Positions 53,299-64,000 of a stretch of 64,000 bases of DNA are shown in pieces (the stretch's first letter is position 1; each line of letters begins with the position of its first letter). Where the stretch lies: positions 268,875-332,874 of the forward strand of contig JAYQTQ010000001.1 of the NCBI GenBank assembly GCA_038147455.1, in the 5' to 3' direction. Under the pieces are notes generated by a model. The model searched no databases, was not told the origin of the DNA, and worked only from the letters and a program-made list of their open reading frames with translations. The stretch comes from Burkholderiaceae bacterium. GTDB taxonomy: Bacteria; Pseudomonadota; Gammaproteobacteria; Burkholderiales; Burkholderiaceae_A. The position numbers and the translations under genes are program-made.

Positions 53299-54273
53299 TT
53301 AATTTTGTTCTAAAAACTTTTCTAGTATTCTAAGTTGGTGCAAGTGAATTAAAGTAGGTGCATGACCAACCCCTTCAAATTCTACCAACCTAGGTCTGGG
53401 ACCACGTTTTCTCATATCTTCGGCAAGTTTCTTACCAAAGATCTGACTATTCATTCCTCTCATCAATAATGTAGGGATTGAGATATTATCGTAAAAACTA
53501 TATAAGTTTAATTCGGGAATGGACCCTACTCCAAATTTAGTAAAATTATATAATAATTCTGGGAGATCATATGGATTTAAGATGGCTGGATCGTAGTGAG
53601 GTTTAAAACATTTTCTTTTATAATCGTAGCGTGTATAAAACGAAGCTAATAATTTCCATTCTGAATAAGAATGTGGCCCCAAAGATCCTTCCATTGCTAA
53701 TCTAATTTCTTTTTCTGCGTCCTCAATAGTGAGGTATGTGTTAGAACTAATATTTATTTCCTCGTTAAGTTTTACAAGGTCACCAAAATTGACTACTGCT
53801 CCAACATCATTAAGAACTATTGCCTTAAGTATTTCAGGATCCCATGAACTCAAAATTTGCTTCGATATATCCATGGAATTCAGAGCTGTTACATATTTTT
53901 CAGGGTTGGACGCTAAAATCATTCCTAGCACCCCCCCTAGAGACGTCCCAATTATTCTTACATCTTTCAAATTTAATTCCGCGAATAAAAAGAGAATGTC
54001 CTGAATATAAAAAGGTAGATGATATAAAAACTTGTTTTCTAACCATGAGGACTGACCCCTTCCAACAAGATCTGGACAAATAACCCTATAACTTTTTGAG
54101 AAAAAACTAGCTAAAACAGAAAAATCCAGGCTACATTGTGTAAACCCATGTAGACATAAAATAGTTCTAGGGTTTTTAGCAAAACCCCACTCGTTAACAT
54201 ACAAATTGTGAACTTCACCGCCGGAGCTTATCTTTATTTGGTATGCACGACTTGATCCATAACTTCCTTTCAT
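53299..54273 (-). CDS. alpha/beta hydrolase
   Basis: Intact 324-aa ORF with LHGFTQ, DLVGRGQS, the nucleophile context GTSLGG and C-terminal GVGHAP. Confidence 0.75.
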   Translation of the reverse strand: MKGSYGSSRAYQIKISSGGEVHNLYVNEWGFAKNPRTILCLHGFTQCSLDFSVLASFFSKSYRVICPDLVGRGQSSWLENKFLYHLPFYIQDILFLFAELNLKDVRIIGTSLGGVLGMILASNPEKYVTALNSMDISKQILSSWDPEILKAIVLNDVGAVVNFGDLVKLNEEINISSNTYLTIEDAEKEIRLAMEGSLGPHSYSEWKLLASFYTRYDYKRKCFKPHYDPAILNPYDLPELLYNFTKFGVGSIPELNLYSFYDNISIPTLLMRGMNSQIFGKKLAEDMRKRGPRPRLVEFEGVGHAPTLIHLHQLRILEKFLEQN

Positions 54274-55046
54274 AATATTTTTGGAAACAGTCTTTGCATA
54301 TTTTGTAAAACATCAATCGATATATCCTCCTTATTCTGATTTCGTAATTCCGACACAAAATCAAAAATCCTAACTATATTTTTTGGAGAATTTTCTGCCC
54401 CTTTTACTAACCAGGATGGATTCATATCGGGAGAATCTGTCTCAATAACAAAGGATTGTTCCGGAACAAATTTGAGTAAGCTACGAATATTTCTCGAGCG
54501 TTCAAAGGTTATAGTTCCACCAAATCCCAGCAATAATCCGCAATTCAAATAATTCTTCGCTTGTTGCTTACTTCCATTGAAAGCATGTGCAACTCCGCCC
54601 ACCAAATTGAATGACCGAAAATATTTCAAAACAACATCCTGGGCCTTTCTAATATGTAAAATAACAGGTAGCCTATATTTTTCAGCTAAGCTTAGTTGTG
54701 CATGAAAAAATGATTCCATTTTTTCCTTGTCAAAATCATCAATGTGAAAGTCTAAGCCAATCTCGCCAATCCCAATAAACTTATTGTCTGAAAGACATCT
54801 TAATATAGTTTCCTCTAATGTCTTCAAAGCATCTGCAGAGGTTTTAGTAACAAAACATGGATGAATACCCAATGTGTAATATACGCCCTCATATCTATCT
54901 GCTAACTCGATTACCTTTAAAAAGTTTTCAGGATGAACTGAGGGGACCAATATACGATTCACCCCACAAGCTCTTGCCTCCTCTACCGCTAACTCGGTAT
55001 TCGAAAGGAAATCTAAATGGCAATGTGTGTCAAAATAGTTTTCCAT
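54270..55046 (-). CDS. TatD-family metal-dependent hydrolase
   Basis: DTHCHLDF N-terminal motif, GEIGLDF, ..LPVILHIR.., ..GVAHAFNGS.., ..ETDSP. Confidence 0.85.
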   Translation of the reverse strand: MENYFDTHCHLDFLSNTELAVEEARACGVNRILVPSVHPENFLKVIELADRYEGVYYTLGIHPCFVTKTSADALKTLEETILRCLSDNKFIGIGEIGLDFHIDDFDKEKMESFFHAQLSLAEKYRLPVILHIRKAQDVVLKYFRSFNLVGGVAHAFNGSKQQAKNYLNCGLLLGFGGTITFERSRNIRSLLKFVPEQSFVIETDSPDMNPSWLVKGAENSPKNIVRIFDFVSELRNQNKEDISIDVLQNMQRLFPKIL

Positions 55047-55053
55047 CTAACGC

Positions 55054-55754
55054 TTAGTTCAGAACCTTACGATTGTTACATAGTGCTGCTAATTCAAGGT
55101 CATGAGTGGCAACGATCAATGATGAACCATGATCTTTAACTAACGATAAAATCAATCGAAAAACATTATGGGCATTATTCCTATCAAGATTTCCAGTTGG
55201 CTCATCTGCAAGGATAAGACTCGGCATCGAGATCATTGCTCTAGCAATTGCCACTCGTTGTCTCTCCCCTCCAGAAAGTGTCGCTGGCTGATCTTTGATT
55301 TTGTGTTCTAATCCAACTTTTTCTAAAATTTGGCAAGCCTTTTCTTCGCTATGGTATGGGTTATTCTTTTAATTCTAAGTGGCATCATCACATTTTCTAA
55401 CACATTAAACTCGGGCAATAAGTGGTGAAACTGATAAATTACCCCAACATTTTCTTTTCGAAATTTGGCTCTCTCGCCATCAGACATTTCGCTAACTAAG
55501 AGTTTTTTTACTCGAATCTCACCGGAGGTAGGTCTTTCTAAACCTGCAATTAAATGAATTAAAGTACTCTTTCCTGTACCAGAAGAACCCAAAATGGCTA
55601 AGGTTTCACCTGACTTAACAGAAAAAGAACACTCATTTAGTGCAAATATCAAATGTTTCCCTACTTGCACCTTCTTTTCAACTTTTTCAACAAAAACCAT
55701 TATGTCACCCGTTTCATTGACGTCAGATTCTCGTCGAACAGGAGAATCAATCAT
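55054..55754 (-). pseudogene. lolD: lipoprotein-releasing system ATPase LolD, one frameshift near 55325
   Basis: Walker A GSSGTGKSTL lies in ORF 55323-55754. [14 protein letters not shown] (after the shift), [12 protein letters not shown] and ATHD lie in ORF 55054-55254. The true start is probably the internal MVFVEK. Confidence 0.85.
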
Positions 55755-56980
55755 ATCTCAGAGCCTCTGCAGGTTCCATATTCATAGCCTTATAGCAAGG
55801 ATATAGAGCAGCGCCTAACGTCATAAAAAATGCAGTCAATGTTACAGCGAGAATATCTTCCATCAATAACTTAGATGGAATAGTGTCAATCAAATATATT
55901 CCCTTCGGCAATACCTCCAAACCGAACATTATTTCTAAAAAATTTACGATTAACCCAATATTAGAAGCACCTATCGTTCCTAAAATAACCCCAGTTCCTA
56001 CTCCAATTGTACCTAAACCAACAGCTAATACAAAAAAAATCGAGACTATAGAATTCCTAGAAGCACCCATAGTTCTCAATATTGCAACAGTATATTTTTT
56101 TCGTTGACAGTCATAACCAACATCGAAATCAAATTAAAAGCGGCAACTCCAATTATTAAAAAAAGAATAAGAGTCATCATTTTTTTTCCACCTGAACTGC
56201 TGCGAACCAATTTTTATTTTCCTGAGTCCAATTCCTTACGAGTAATTTCTCCCCAGACTCTTCAACAATTCTTTTACTTACTGCTGGAGCATTGAACATA
56301 TCGCTTAATCTCACTCGAACTCCATTTAGTGATGATAGTCGAAAAAAATTTGTTACGTCATCATAATTAGCTAACAATAAGTTTCTATCATATTGATAAT
56401 GGCCTGATTCAAAAACTCCAACAATATTGAACTTTTTCATCCTAGGTAGAACTCCGACTATGGATTGTGGGATTTCTGTGCTCATAATAATGACGTCATC
56501 TCCGACATTTAAATTAAATTCTTTCGCAAAATCTATACCTACTATGATAGGAAATCTTTCACTGCTGAGTCTCATGAAATCCCCTAATACAATCTGCTTC
56601 GGTATGTCACTTACATTTTTTTCCGTTTCTGGCACAACTCCCCGTACCGAAACTCCCTCCATTCTCTCTCCTACTATAGCAACAGCAGTAGCCGACGAAA
56701 ACATGGAAGTTCCCTTTATGCTCTTCTTCTGTTTCAATCCCTCCATGATGTCCTCTGATAAACCTCTATTCACAGATTGAGAAAAGACTTCAATATGCGA
56801 TAAGACACTAAGCATTTTGTCTCTCACTTCCTTTTGAAAACCATTCATCACAGACAAAACTATTATTAGAGTAGCGACTCCTAGTGCTATGCCCAAAGTG
56901 GACAAAATTGATATAAAACTGAGAAACTTATTTTTTTTGCTTGCTCTAATAAAACGCAAGCCTATAATTACCTCATACAT
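55747..56980 (-). pseudogene. lipoprotein-releasing system permease LolC/E, one frameshift in an 8-nt homopolymer run
   Basis: ORF 56177-56980 ends ..AAVQVEKK-stop inside T8 (56180-56187, A8 on the coding strand). One extra A would give [44 protein letters not shown].., continuing in ORF 55747-56079. Confidence 0.85.
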
Positions 56981-57130
56981 ACTAAACCTAAAAAATAAAT
57001 GAAAAAAAAAACAGTATTAATTTATACAGCAAGTAACAAGGATTTGAAAATTGGAAAGATTCTTAAATTTTACCAATTATTTTTACGATTAATTTTATAT
57101 TTATTGAAATTTTATTTATATTCGAGAAAA

Positions 57131-58040
57131 ATGAAGAAAAACGTTATAAATACCCTCAATATAGAAAACAAAGAACTTTGGTGCCTTGAAAGAACTTTGC
57201 GTCATGACCGTCACTTTGGTGATGAAGATAATATTCCATGGGCAATTTTTACATCTCTTGCATTAGAGCAAAATATTACCCTTTCAGACTCATGGGGTAT
57301 TTTTTGGCCATGTAAAATTGGGGTCAATGTAAATGGGAGTACCTTATTAACTAGCCGGGCCCAATTCTTAAATGACGCACAAAGATCCTCACTTTTTAAA
57401 ATACTTGAACGTAACAACGCTGAGCCTATATTCATTAATGGAGTGGATTTTTTTCTAATAAGATTTCGAAACCAAAATTTTGAATTCAATACATTTCTTC
57501 CAACGGTTGGTCAGATTTATCTCAAACCCCTATTATCTAATGACAAAAGAGGAAGTCGATGGCTTGAGATTCTGACGGAGATTGAGATGGAGTGGCACAA
57601 AGAAAGGCTCAGTGAATCGATAAACAGTCTTTGGGCCTGGTCGATAAATCCTGCCAAATTTAACATGCCTGCTAAAAAAATTCCCAATACTAATGTGTAT
57701 AATTTTGAAGTCAACTCTGCTACAGGATCTCGCCGTTTATGGTGTTAAAAAATTCGCCGATCACTTTCTTCAAACTTCTTACGATATCATTTCATTACCA
57801 GAATATTCCGCTCTAACTAGAAATTTACACGTAAGCCATATTAGAAGTGCAAGGGTTCTTTTTTTAAAAAAATTCAACAATGCTCATATGCTCCCGAATA
57901 CTGATATTTATATTTTTAGAAAAAAAGACGCAATCCATTACTCTCAACCCTTTGAGGATATAGAAACTCATCGACAAAACGAAGGTTCGGATCATAATAC
58001 TAGCAAAATACCAGAATCAATTTTTCATCCATTTGAATGA
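57131..58040 (+). pseudogene. conserved hypothetical protein, apparent frameshift near 57740
   Basis: ORFs 56999-57748 and 57693-58040 are collinear. ..INSLWAWSINP.. is reminiscent of a family of uncharacterised proteobacterial proteins. The assignment is weak. Confidence 0.3.
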
Positions 58041-58319
58041 ATATCGCCTGTGTATTTCTAAATTTTTCGAAGATTTCAAAATAATAATCAACGACTCACC
58101 AAATAGCCCAACAAACATCTATAAGCATGTGCACCTTTTTGGAGTAAATCAGGCCTTTAAATCTCTTAACTACAGCGGAATTGGAAATAAAGTTATATTT
58201 TGCAACAGGATTGTTGACTTTTATAATACTTAAGTATAGTGTATACAATACTAAAGTATATTTAAAATAATTAAAAAATTGTCGATGTATATTAAATTAA
58301 ATGTTGATAAAAATTATCT

Positions 58320-59033
58320 TTGGTAGGTAGGAGCCTGAATTCAATGTGGTACTCGTCGAAAAATCGAAACGAAAAAGCTGCAAGATCATCAAAAGTTGAA
58401 AATACTGTCTCATATCCAGTTAATCTTGGGGAGCACATAAACGGAATGCATGCTAGAAACATCAACCAAAATAAGAAAAGAAGGTTGCTAAATAATAGAG
58501 CTATCACTTATTGCCTTCTATTTGTTTTACTCGTTGTAACCGCCGGTGTAACTGCTCGTCAACTCCTTGTCAAAAGCGGGAGTGAAAAAAATGAAGCATT
58601 CAGAATGAAAAAATTGATTGATGCAAATAACTTGAGTAATAGTAATGGCAACAATACACACACAGTTATTGCACAGAACACGCAGGAGAACGAAAATTTA
58701 GCTCGATACTCTATCAGTTTAGTTCTTCTTCACGTAGAGGAATGGAAAAACTACTGGTCATCAAAAAATATCCGAGGATTCATGAGCTTTTACCACAAAA
58801 ACTTTCCAGATAAAAAAAATTTCGAAGATAATAAACGTAGAATATTTAGCAAAGAACAATTTATAGAAATTGATATAAGTAATGTGGAGTCAGAAGCAAA
58901 GTTGGACAGTATCATCGTCAGGTTTACACAAAGATACAGCTCCAAAAGTTTTTCAGATACCGCAAGAAAAGAACTAGTTTGGACGACTACGGAAGACAGT
59001 TGGAAAATTATCTCAGAAACGATTATTAGGTGA
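58320..59033 (+). CDS. membrane-anchored protein with C-terminal NTF2/SnoaL-like domain
   Basis: One TM (ITYCLLFVLLVVTAGVTA). The C-terminal VEEWKNYWSSKNIRGFMSFYHKNF...WKIISE is the same domain type as the C-terminus of 63284-63988. Confidence 0.4.
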   Translation: MVGRSLNSMWYSSKNRNEKAARSSKVENTVSYPVNLGEHINGMHARNINQNKKRRLLNNRAITYCLLFVLLVVTAGVTARQLLVKSGSEKNEAFRMKKLIDANNLSNSNGNNTHTVIAQNTQENENLARYSISLVLLHVEEWKNYWSSKNIRGFMSFYHKNFPDKKNFEDNKRRIFSKEQFIEIDISNVESEAKLDSIIVRFTQRYSSKSFSDTARKELVWTTTEDSWKIISETIIR

Positions 59034-59036
59034 CCG

Positions 59037-60573
59037 TTATTTTCTTTTTAATGCTGGGAAAAGCAAAACTTCTCGAATTGAGTGGCTATTAGTAATGAAC
59101 ATGGTCAAACGATCGATTCCAATACCACAACCGGCAGCAGGCGGCATTCCAAATTCTAGAGCTTTAATATAATCTTCATCAAAATACATCGCCTCATCAT
59201 CTCCTGAATCCTTTTGCCTTGCTTGGGCGAGCATTCTTATTGCCTGCTCCTGCGGATCGTTTAGCTCTGAAAACCCATTCGCAATTTCTTTCCCTCCGAT
59301 ATATAGCTCAAACCTTTCAGCTCTAGACGGATTTTTCTCAGACTTACGAGCCAATGGAGATATATCAATTGGATGATCCATAATAAAAGTTGGCTGTATA
59401 ATCTTTTCTTCTACTAAACCTTCAAATAAATGAACGGTAAGTACCTCTTTACTTATAGTTTCCGTGTTTATATTTTCCGTCAGTCCATAACTTTTTAAAA
59501 TGGCAATAATTTCGTCTTTCGACTCAAGACTGCAATCACCCAGACTGGGAATATATTTATGAATTGCCTCTTCAAAACTCAGCCTTTCAAACGGAACATT
59601 TATGTCAATCTTATGATCGTCCCAGACTAACTCTTTTCTCCCGACAACATATGTAAACACATCATTTAACAGATCCTCTGTGAAATTCATACACCATTCA
59701 TAATTCTGGTATGCAGCATAAAATTCTAACATTGTAAACTCAGGATTGTGACGAACGCTTATACCCTCATTCCTAAAACTTCTATTTAACTCATATACCT
59801 TTTCAAAACCTCCAACAAGCAACCTTTTCAAATACAATTCCGGAGCTACTCTCAAATACATTTCTTGGTCTAATGCATTATGTTTAGTTATAAATGGCTT
59901 TGCGTTGGCACCACCCGGAATCGGGTGAAGCATGGGCGTTTCTACTTCAAGAAACCCATCTTTATTCATAAATTCTCGAACTCTATTTATAATGGATGAG
60001 CGTTGAAAAAAAATTCTTTTTGTCTCATCATTTACAGATAGGTCTATATGTCTATTTCTATATCGAAGATCTGGATCCTGCAAACCTCGGAACTTCTCGG
60101 GAAAAGGTTGTAGGGCTTTTGCAAGTATTTCAATCTCATCGCAATTTAAGGTTAATTCACCACGCATTGTTTTAAAAAGAGATCCAGAGCAAAAAACTAG
60201 GTCTCCTAAATCAATAAGTTTTTGAAGACATATACTTCTCTTTGACCCAGTACATCTCTATTCAAATAGAGCTGAATTTTCTCTGTAGAATCCTTTAGGA
60301 CACAAAATGTTGTTTTTCCCTGGTTCCTTTTTAAAATCACTCTTCCAGCTAGAGAAACGCATATACCCTTTTCTTTTCAAGATCATCTCGATCTATGGAA
60401 TCGTATTCATCAATAATTGTTTTTGCTCTTGCAGAAGGTTTGTATTTGTTTGGATACGGTTCGCCATAGCTTTCTTTTATCTTTTTTAATTTTTCTTTGC
60501 GCTCTGCTACAATTCTATTATCTTCTTCAGACTGATTTTCCATACTAACCATGCCATCATTTTTACTTTTCAT
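59037..60573 (-). pseudogene. lysS: lysyl-tRNA synthetase (class II), two single-nt frameshifts near 60355 and 60212
   Basis: The 376-aa ORF covers the catalytic core (..FRNEGISVRHNPEFTMLEFY.., GIGIDRL). The N-terminal OB-fold part lies in ORF 60349-60573 plus a stitched segment AGRVILKRNQGKTTFCVLKDSTEKIQLYLNRD. Confidence 0.9.
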
Positions 60574-61677
60574 TCAAAGTCCTCTTTTTAAACTTTCCTC
60601 AATAAAAATATCCAGATCTCCATCAAGAACTTTTTGAGTATTTCCTGTCTCCACATTAGTTCGCAAATCCTTAATTCTAGACTGATCTAATACGTAGCTG
60701 CGGATCTGATGACCCCAACCAACATCTGTTTTGTTACTCTCCTGAGCCTCCTTCTCAGCATTACGTTTTCTCATCTCTTCTTCATACAATCTTGACTTCA
60801 ACATTTTCCATGCTTCTTCTCGATTCCTATGTTGTGACCTATCATTTTGACACTGAACTACTATCCCACTTGGCGAATGTGTTAACCTCACGGCAGAGTC
60901 TGTTTTATTTACGTGCTGACCACCAGCTCCAGAGGCACGATATGTATCGACTCGAACATCAGAAGGATCGATCTCAACATCAATAGATTTATTCACTTCA
61001 GGATAAATGTATAATGAAGCAAATGAAGTATGTCTTCCACCCGTCGAATCAAACGGAGATTTCCTTACTAATCGGTGAACTCCGCATTCCGTCCTAAAAT
61101 AACCATAAGCATAATCTCCTCTAACTTTTAAGGTGCATGATTTTATTCCGACCACTTCTCCCGGCGACTCTTCTAACAATTCAACAGAAAAACCTTTTCT
61201 TTCAGCATATCTAATATATTGCCTTCTAAGCATCATAGCCCAATCACATGCCTCAGTACCACCAGCTCCAGCTTGGAAATCTATAAAGCAATTCAACGGA
61301 TCGGATTCATTAGAAAACATTTTTCTGAACTCAATTTTAGATATCTTTTCTTCTATCTGTTCCAGATCTAAAGCAATTTCCCCATAACAACATCGTCGTT
61401 TTCAGATGATGCTAACTCGATCAGTTCCTGAATATTATCTAGATCTGTTTCAATTGAGCTTAAGTTCGACACAACCTTTTCAAGACTTCTCCTCTCATGA
61501 TTTAAGTCTTTTGCTTTTATCTGATCCGCCCAAATATTGGGATCCTCGAACTCACTTTCAATTTCTTTTAATCGTATTTTTTTCTTATCGAAGTCAAAGA
61601 TACCTCCGTAAACCTTTGCTACGAGACATCAAATCATTCAACATCACTTTAATATTTTTAACTGTTTCTTTGTCCAT
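60574..61677 (-). CDS. prfB: peptide chain release factor 2 with canonical programmed +1 frameshift, plus one extra apparent frameshift at a 4-nt homopolymer run (61380-61383)
   Basis: ATG at 61677 gives [30 protein letters not shown]. The +1 frame continues [22 protein letters not shown]... ORF 60574-61320 has SPF and [16 protein letters not shown]. Confidence 0.9.
61591..61610 (-). promoter_or_regulatory. prfB programmed +1 ribosomal frameshift site
   Basis: The coding strand reads CGGAGGTATCTTTGAC: an SD-like GGAGG (61603-61607), then TAT CTT TGA C with the in-frame UGA at 61594-61596. Confidence 0.85.
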
Positions 61678-62707
61678 TAGTCTTTTAACCTTTCATGCAA
61701 ATTAAACTTAAACCCATTTTCGGTTTCAATCCAATATTCTCTAAATAAGGAGGATTTTTTTTGTATTACTGCAACGCTTGGCCTAAAAGGATCAACTCGC
61801 ATATATGCAATAAGCTTTTTGTTCATGTCTTGAGAGAGTTCACCCTTTGTAGTTACATAAACACCAGAGAACAGATCTCTTATCATTTTATCTTGAATTA
61901 ACCATTCCTCCAAATCGAGCCACCAAATTTTTGGCACGATGAGAATTTGACTTTTGCCCATTACAACAAACTTCTTTAATTTTGCTAAATCTGAATTTGC
62001 CAAAGCGAGACAACCATCTGAGGACCTTGGCGACCGCACATGAACATTTGAAGGCACTCCATGAATCCAAATTCCATAACCAGTCCGACCAACCAATTTA
62101 TCATCCGCATTTGGATAGTCTAATGTTAGAGCAGTATTCCCTAAAAAACCATCAGCTCTGGGTTTGTCGAGTTCTTTCAGAATCTGGTACACACCAATCG
62201 GCGTTTTCTTGTCCCCCTCTTTTTGCTTTCTATCCCCAAATAATCCGATGGATGAATAAAAACTTTTTAATAATTTAGGAATTCCATTATCATTTTCAAA
62301 AACAAAGAGTCTCGAACTCTCAGTTTCCATTAGCAAAATATATTCAGAAAAATTCTCGCTTGCGCTTAACGCTAAAATATTTCCCGGTATTTTTGATTCA
62401 GGAATAGCCAGAGTTCTAGCCTTTGCTTCTTTCACAAATTTCCGATCTTTTTTATCTATCTCAAAACCAACTCCAGCCTGGATAAAAAGAGACTGAGCTT
62501 TTAACCAATGGGCGAGTTTTGACTTAGGTTCAACCACGGAAACACTGTTGGCAAGTGTTTCAGCTTCATTCACATTTTTAAGATTACCTACAAGCAAGGA
62601 CTTGAAGCTTTATTTAGGGCAGAATCCACCTCTACAGCTTTGGCAGTTAAATTCCACAAAGTCATGCCAAAAGTTATTAAATATAGTAAATAAACTCTTA
62701 TCATCAT
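61677..62707 (-). pseudogene. L,D-transpeptidase (YkuD domain), one frameshift near 62612
   Basis: IWIHGVP..SPRSSDGCLAL catalytic motif. The signal-peptide-bearing N-terminus (MMIRVYLLYLITFGMTLWNLTAKA) is in a shifted frame. The stop overlaps the prfB start (TAATG). Confidence 0.8.
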
Positions 62708-62746
62708 TTTCTAATTTAATTAAGATAATAAGTTGTATAATAACAA

Positions 62747-63280
62747 ATGATTGAAAAGTTCCTACGAAATCGTCTTCTTAAAGAACGTTGCAAATGCCAC
62801 CTGCAGAAAGGGAATTAGCTGAAAAAAATTTCAATAGATTTAAAACAAATCCTAGAATCACAAAAAGGTCCCCTAGGTTTTTACTGGCCTGTTAGAGGAG
62901 AATTTGATCCGCGTCACGTTGTTAAAGATTGGTTATCGCTCAATACTACTAATACAGGCGTGTTTGCCTGTAATTGTTAAAAAAAACAAACCAATGATTT
63001 TTAGGGAGTGGTTTCCCTGGACAACCAATGATCAAAGGGTACTTTCAATATTGATGTTCCTCACCCAAAAAATCGTATACTAATTCCCAATATTTTACTT
63101 GTTCCGACGTTAGGGTTTAATCAAAAGAATTTTAGACTTGGCTATGGGGAGGATATTATGATAGAACTCTAGCTCAATTTAAAGCATTTACTATAGGCTT
63201 ATGTTTTGAACATGGGAAGATCCTCTGAAATCGTGGAAGAAAAGCACGACATACCATTAGACCTGATAATAGTTGGTTAA
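62747..63280 (+). pseudogene. 5-formyltetrahydrofolate cyclo-ligase, several frameshifts
   Basis: Stitched frames give MIEKFLRNRLLKER.., ..FYWPVRGEFDPRHVV.., ..LLVPTLGFNQKNFRLGYG(GG)YYDRTL.., ..EEKHDIPLDLIIV. Confidence 0.7.
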
Positions 63281-63283
63281 ATT

Positions 63284-64000
63284 CTACCCTTCAAAAACTA
63301 TCTTCCAATTTTGTTCTTCTTTTCTTAGACGCATTTTTTTGCGAGTGAATAATCTTGTAGACCCAGATTGATATCTTTGATTAAAAGACACCTCTGCTAT
63401 ACCATCAGAAAGGATCTCGACTTTAATTTTTGTAATTGAAAGCTTTATCTTACCTCTTCTTTTTACCCGAGGTTCCCTATATTTACTCCAATCATCAAAC
63501 GATTTAGCTCTCTTGTTTTTAAAATTTTTACTATAAAAATTTATATAAGTTTCAAATTCCTTCTTTGACCATGCTTCAGCCCATTCAAAAACCAATTTTT
63601 TAATTAAATCTTCGCTATCTTCCAAAATTGCAAGAGGGATATCGGTCCCAATTTCATTCAACGCATCATTGTTTTTTCCTTTATCAACCCGATCGACTTT
63701 TACAATCTCATATTTCCTCGTCAAGTCAATATTTTCTGACTGTAAAACAAGCGAAGTATTCGGGGGCTGTTTATCAAGTGCTTTCCTGTATTCAACAGAG
63801 GCCTGCCTTGCTAAAATTTCTCGCAAATTTATAAATGCTTTACCAACTTTAGGATGTTTTTGGAACGCAACTTCAAGCACCTGTCTTGCTTCATTTAACC
63901 GACCCAATCCAGCCAATATCACGGCTACATCATTTGCAACCTCTAGGTTCGTAGGATATTCATCAATTAATGCTGCATAGGACTCCAATGCCTTTGCAGA
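63284..64000 (-). CDS. TPR-like plus NTF2/SnoaL-like domain protein (5' end outside the window)
   Basis: The ORF is open to the window edge. The N-terminal part is helical-repeat-like. The C-terminal part (FEWAEAWSKKEFETYINFYSKNF...NWKIVFEG) is paralogous to 58320-59033. Confidence 0.5.
   Translation of the reverse strand, partial: SAKALESYAALIDEYPTNLEVANDVAVILAGLGRLNEARQVLEVAFQKHPKVGKAFINLREILARQASVEYRKALDKQPPNTSLVLQSENIDLTRKYEIVKVDRVDKGKNNDALNEIGTDIPLAILEDSEDLIKKLVFEWAEAWSKKEFETYINFYSKNFKNKRAKSFDDWSKYREPRVKRRGKIKLSITKIKVEILSDGIAEVSFNQRYQSGSTRLFTRKKMRLRKEEQNWKIVFEG

Noticed and set aside
1-64000. Alternative genetic code (for example TGA as a sense codon) as the explanation for the many broken ORFs
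   Set aside because: Almost all breaks are frame changes, not in-frame TGA codons (the one in-frame stop I found, between the GAF and cyclase domains, is TAA). prfB also retains the UGA-dependent autoregulatory frameshift site, which implies TGA is read as stop.

Overview
AT-rich (roughly one-third G+C by eye) proteobacterial chromosome segment, probably gammaproteobacterial (ldt-prfB-lysS, lolCDE, acs, class I fumarase, dsbB, phasin). It has three parts. (1) 1-20.6 kb holds mixed core and accessory genes, with a decayed zone at 15.8-18.3 kb. (2) 20.6-48.2 kb is an accessory region between sulP and acs. Seven same-orientation repeats partition it, each beginning with a tRNA-Ser-like 3' end fragment followed by a conserved arm. 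It ends in a frameshifted tyrosine integrase and an ~8 kb degraded integrative element carrying HEPN-like and PD-(D/E)XK-like genes. (3) 48.2-64 kb holds housekeeping genes. Many genes, including essential ones (lysS, prfB, lolCDE), are interrupted by single-nucleotide indels in homopolymer runs. The pseudogene calls below may therefore partly be assembly artefacts. I saw no rRNA, no intact tRNA and no CRISPR array. The most interesting signals are the att-like repeat array with its integrase, the candidate defence gene pair at 43.7-45.3 kb, a Zur-box-like palindrome between zigA and a DUF1826 gene, and a cupredoxin-like/DUF4214 fusion.
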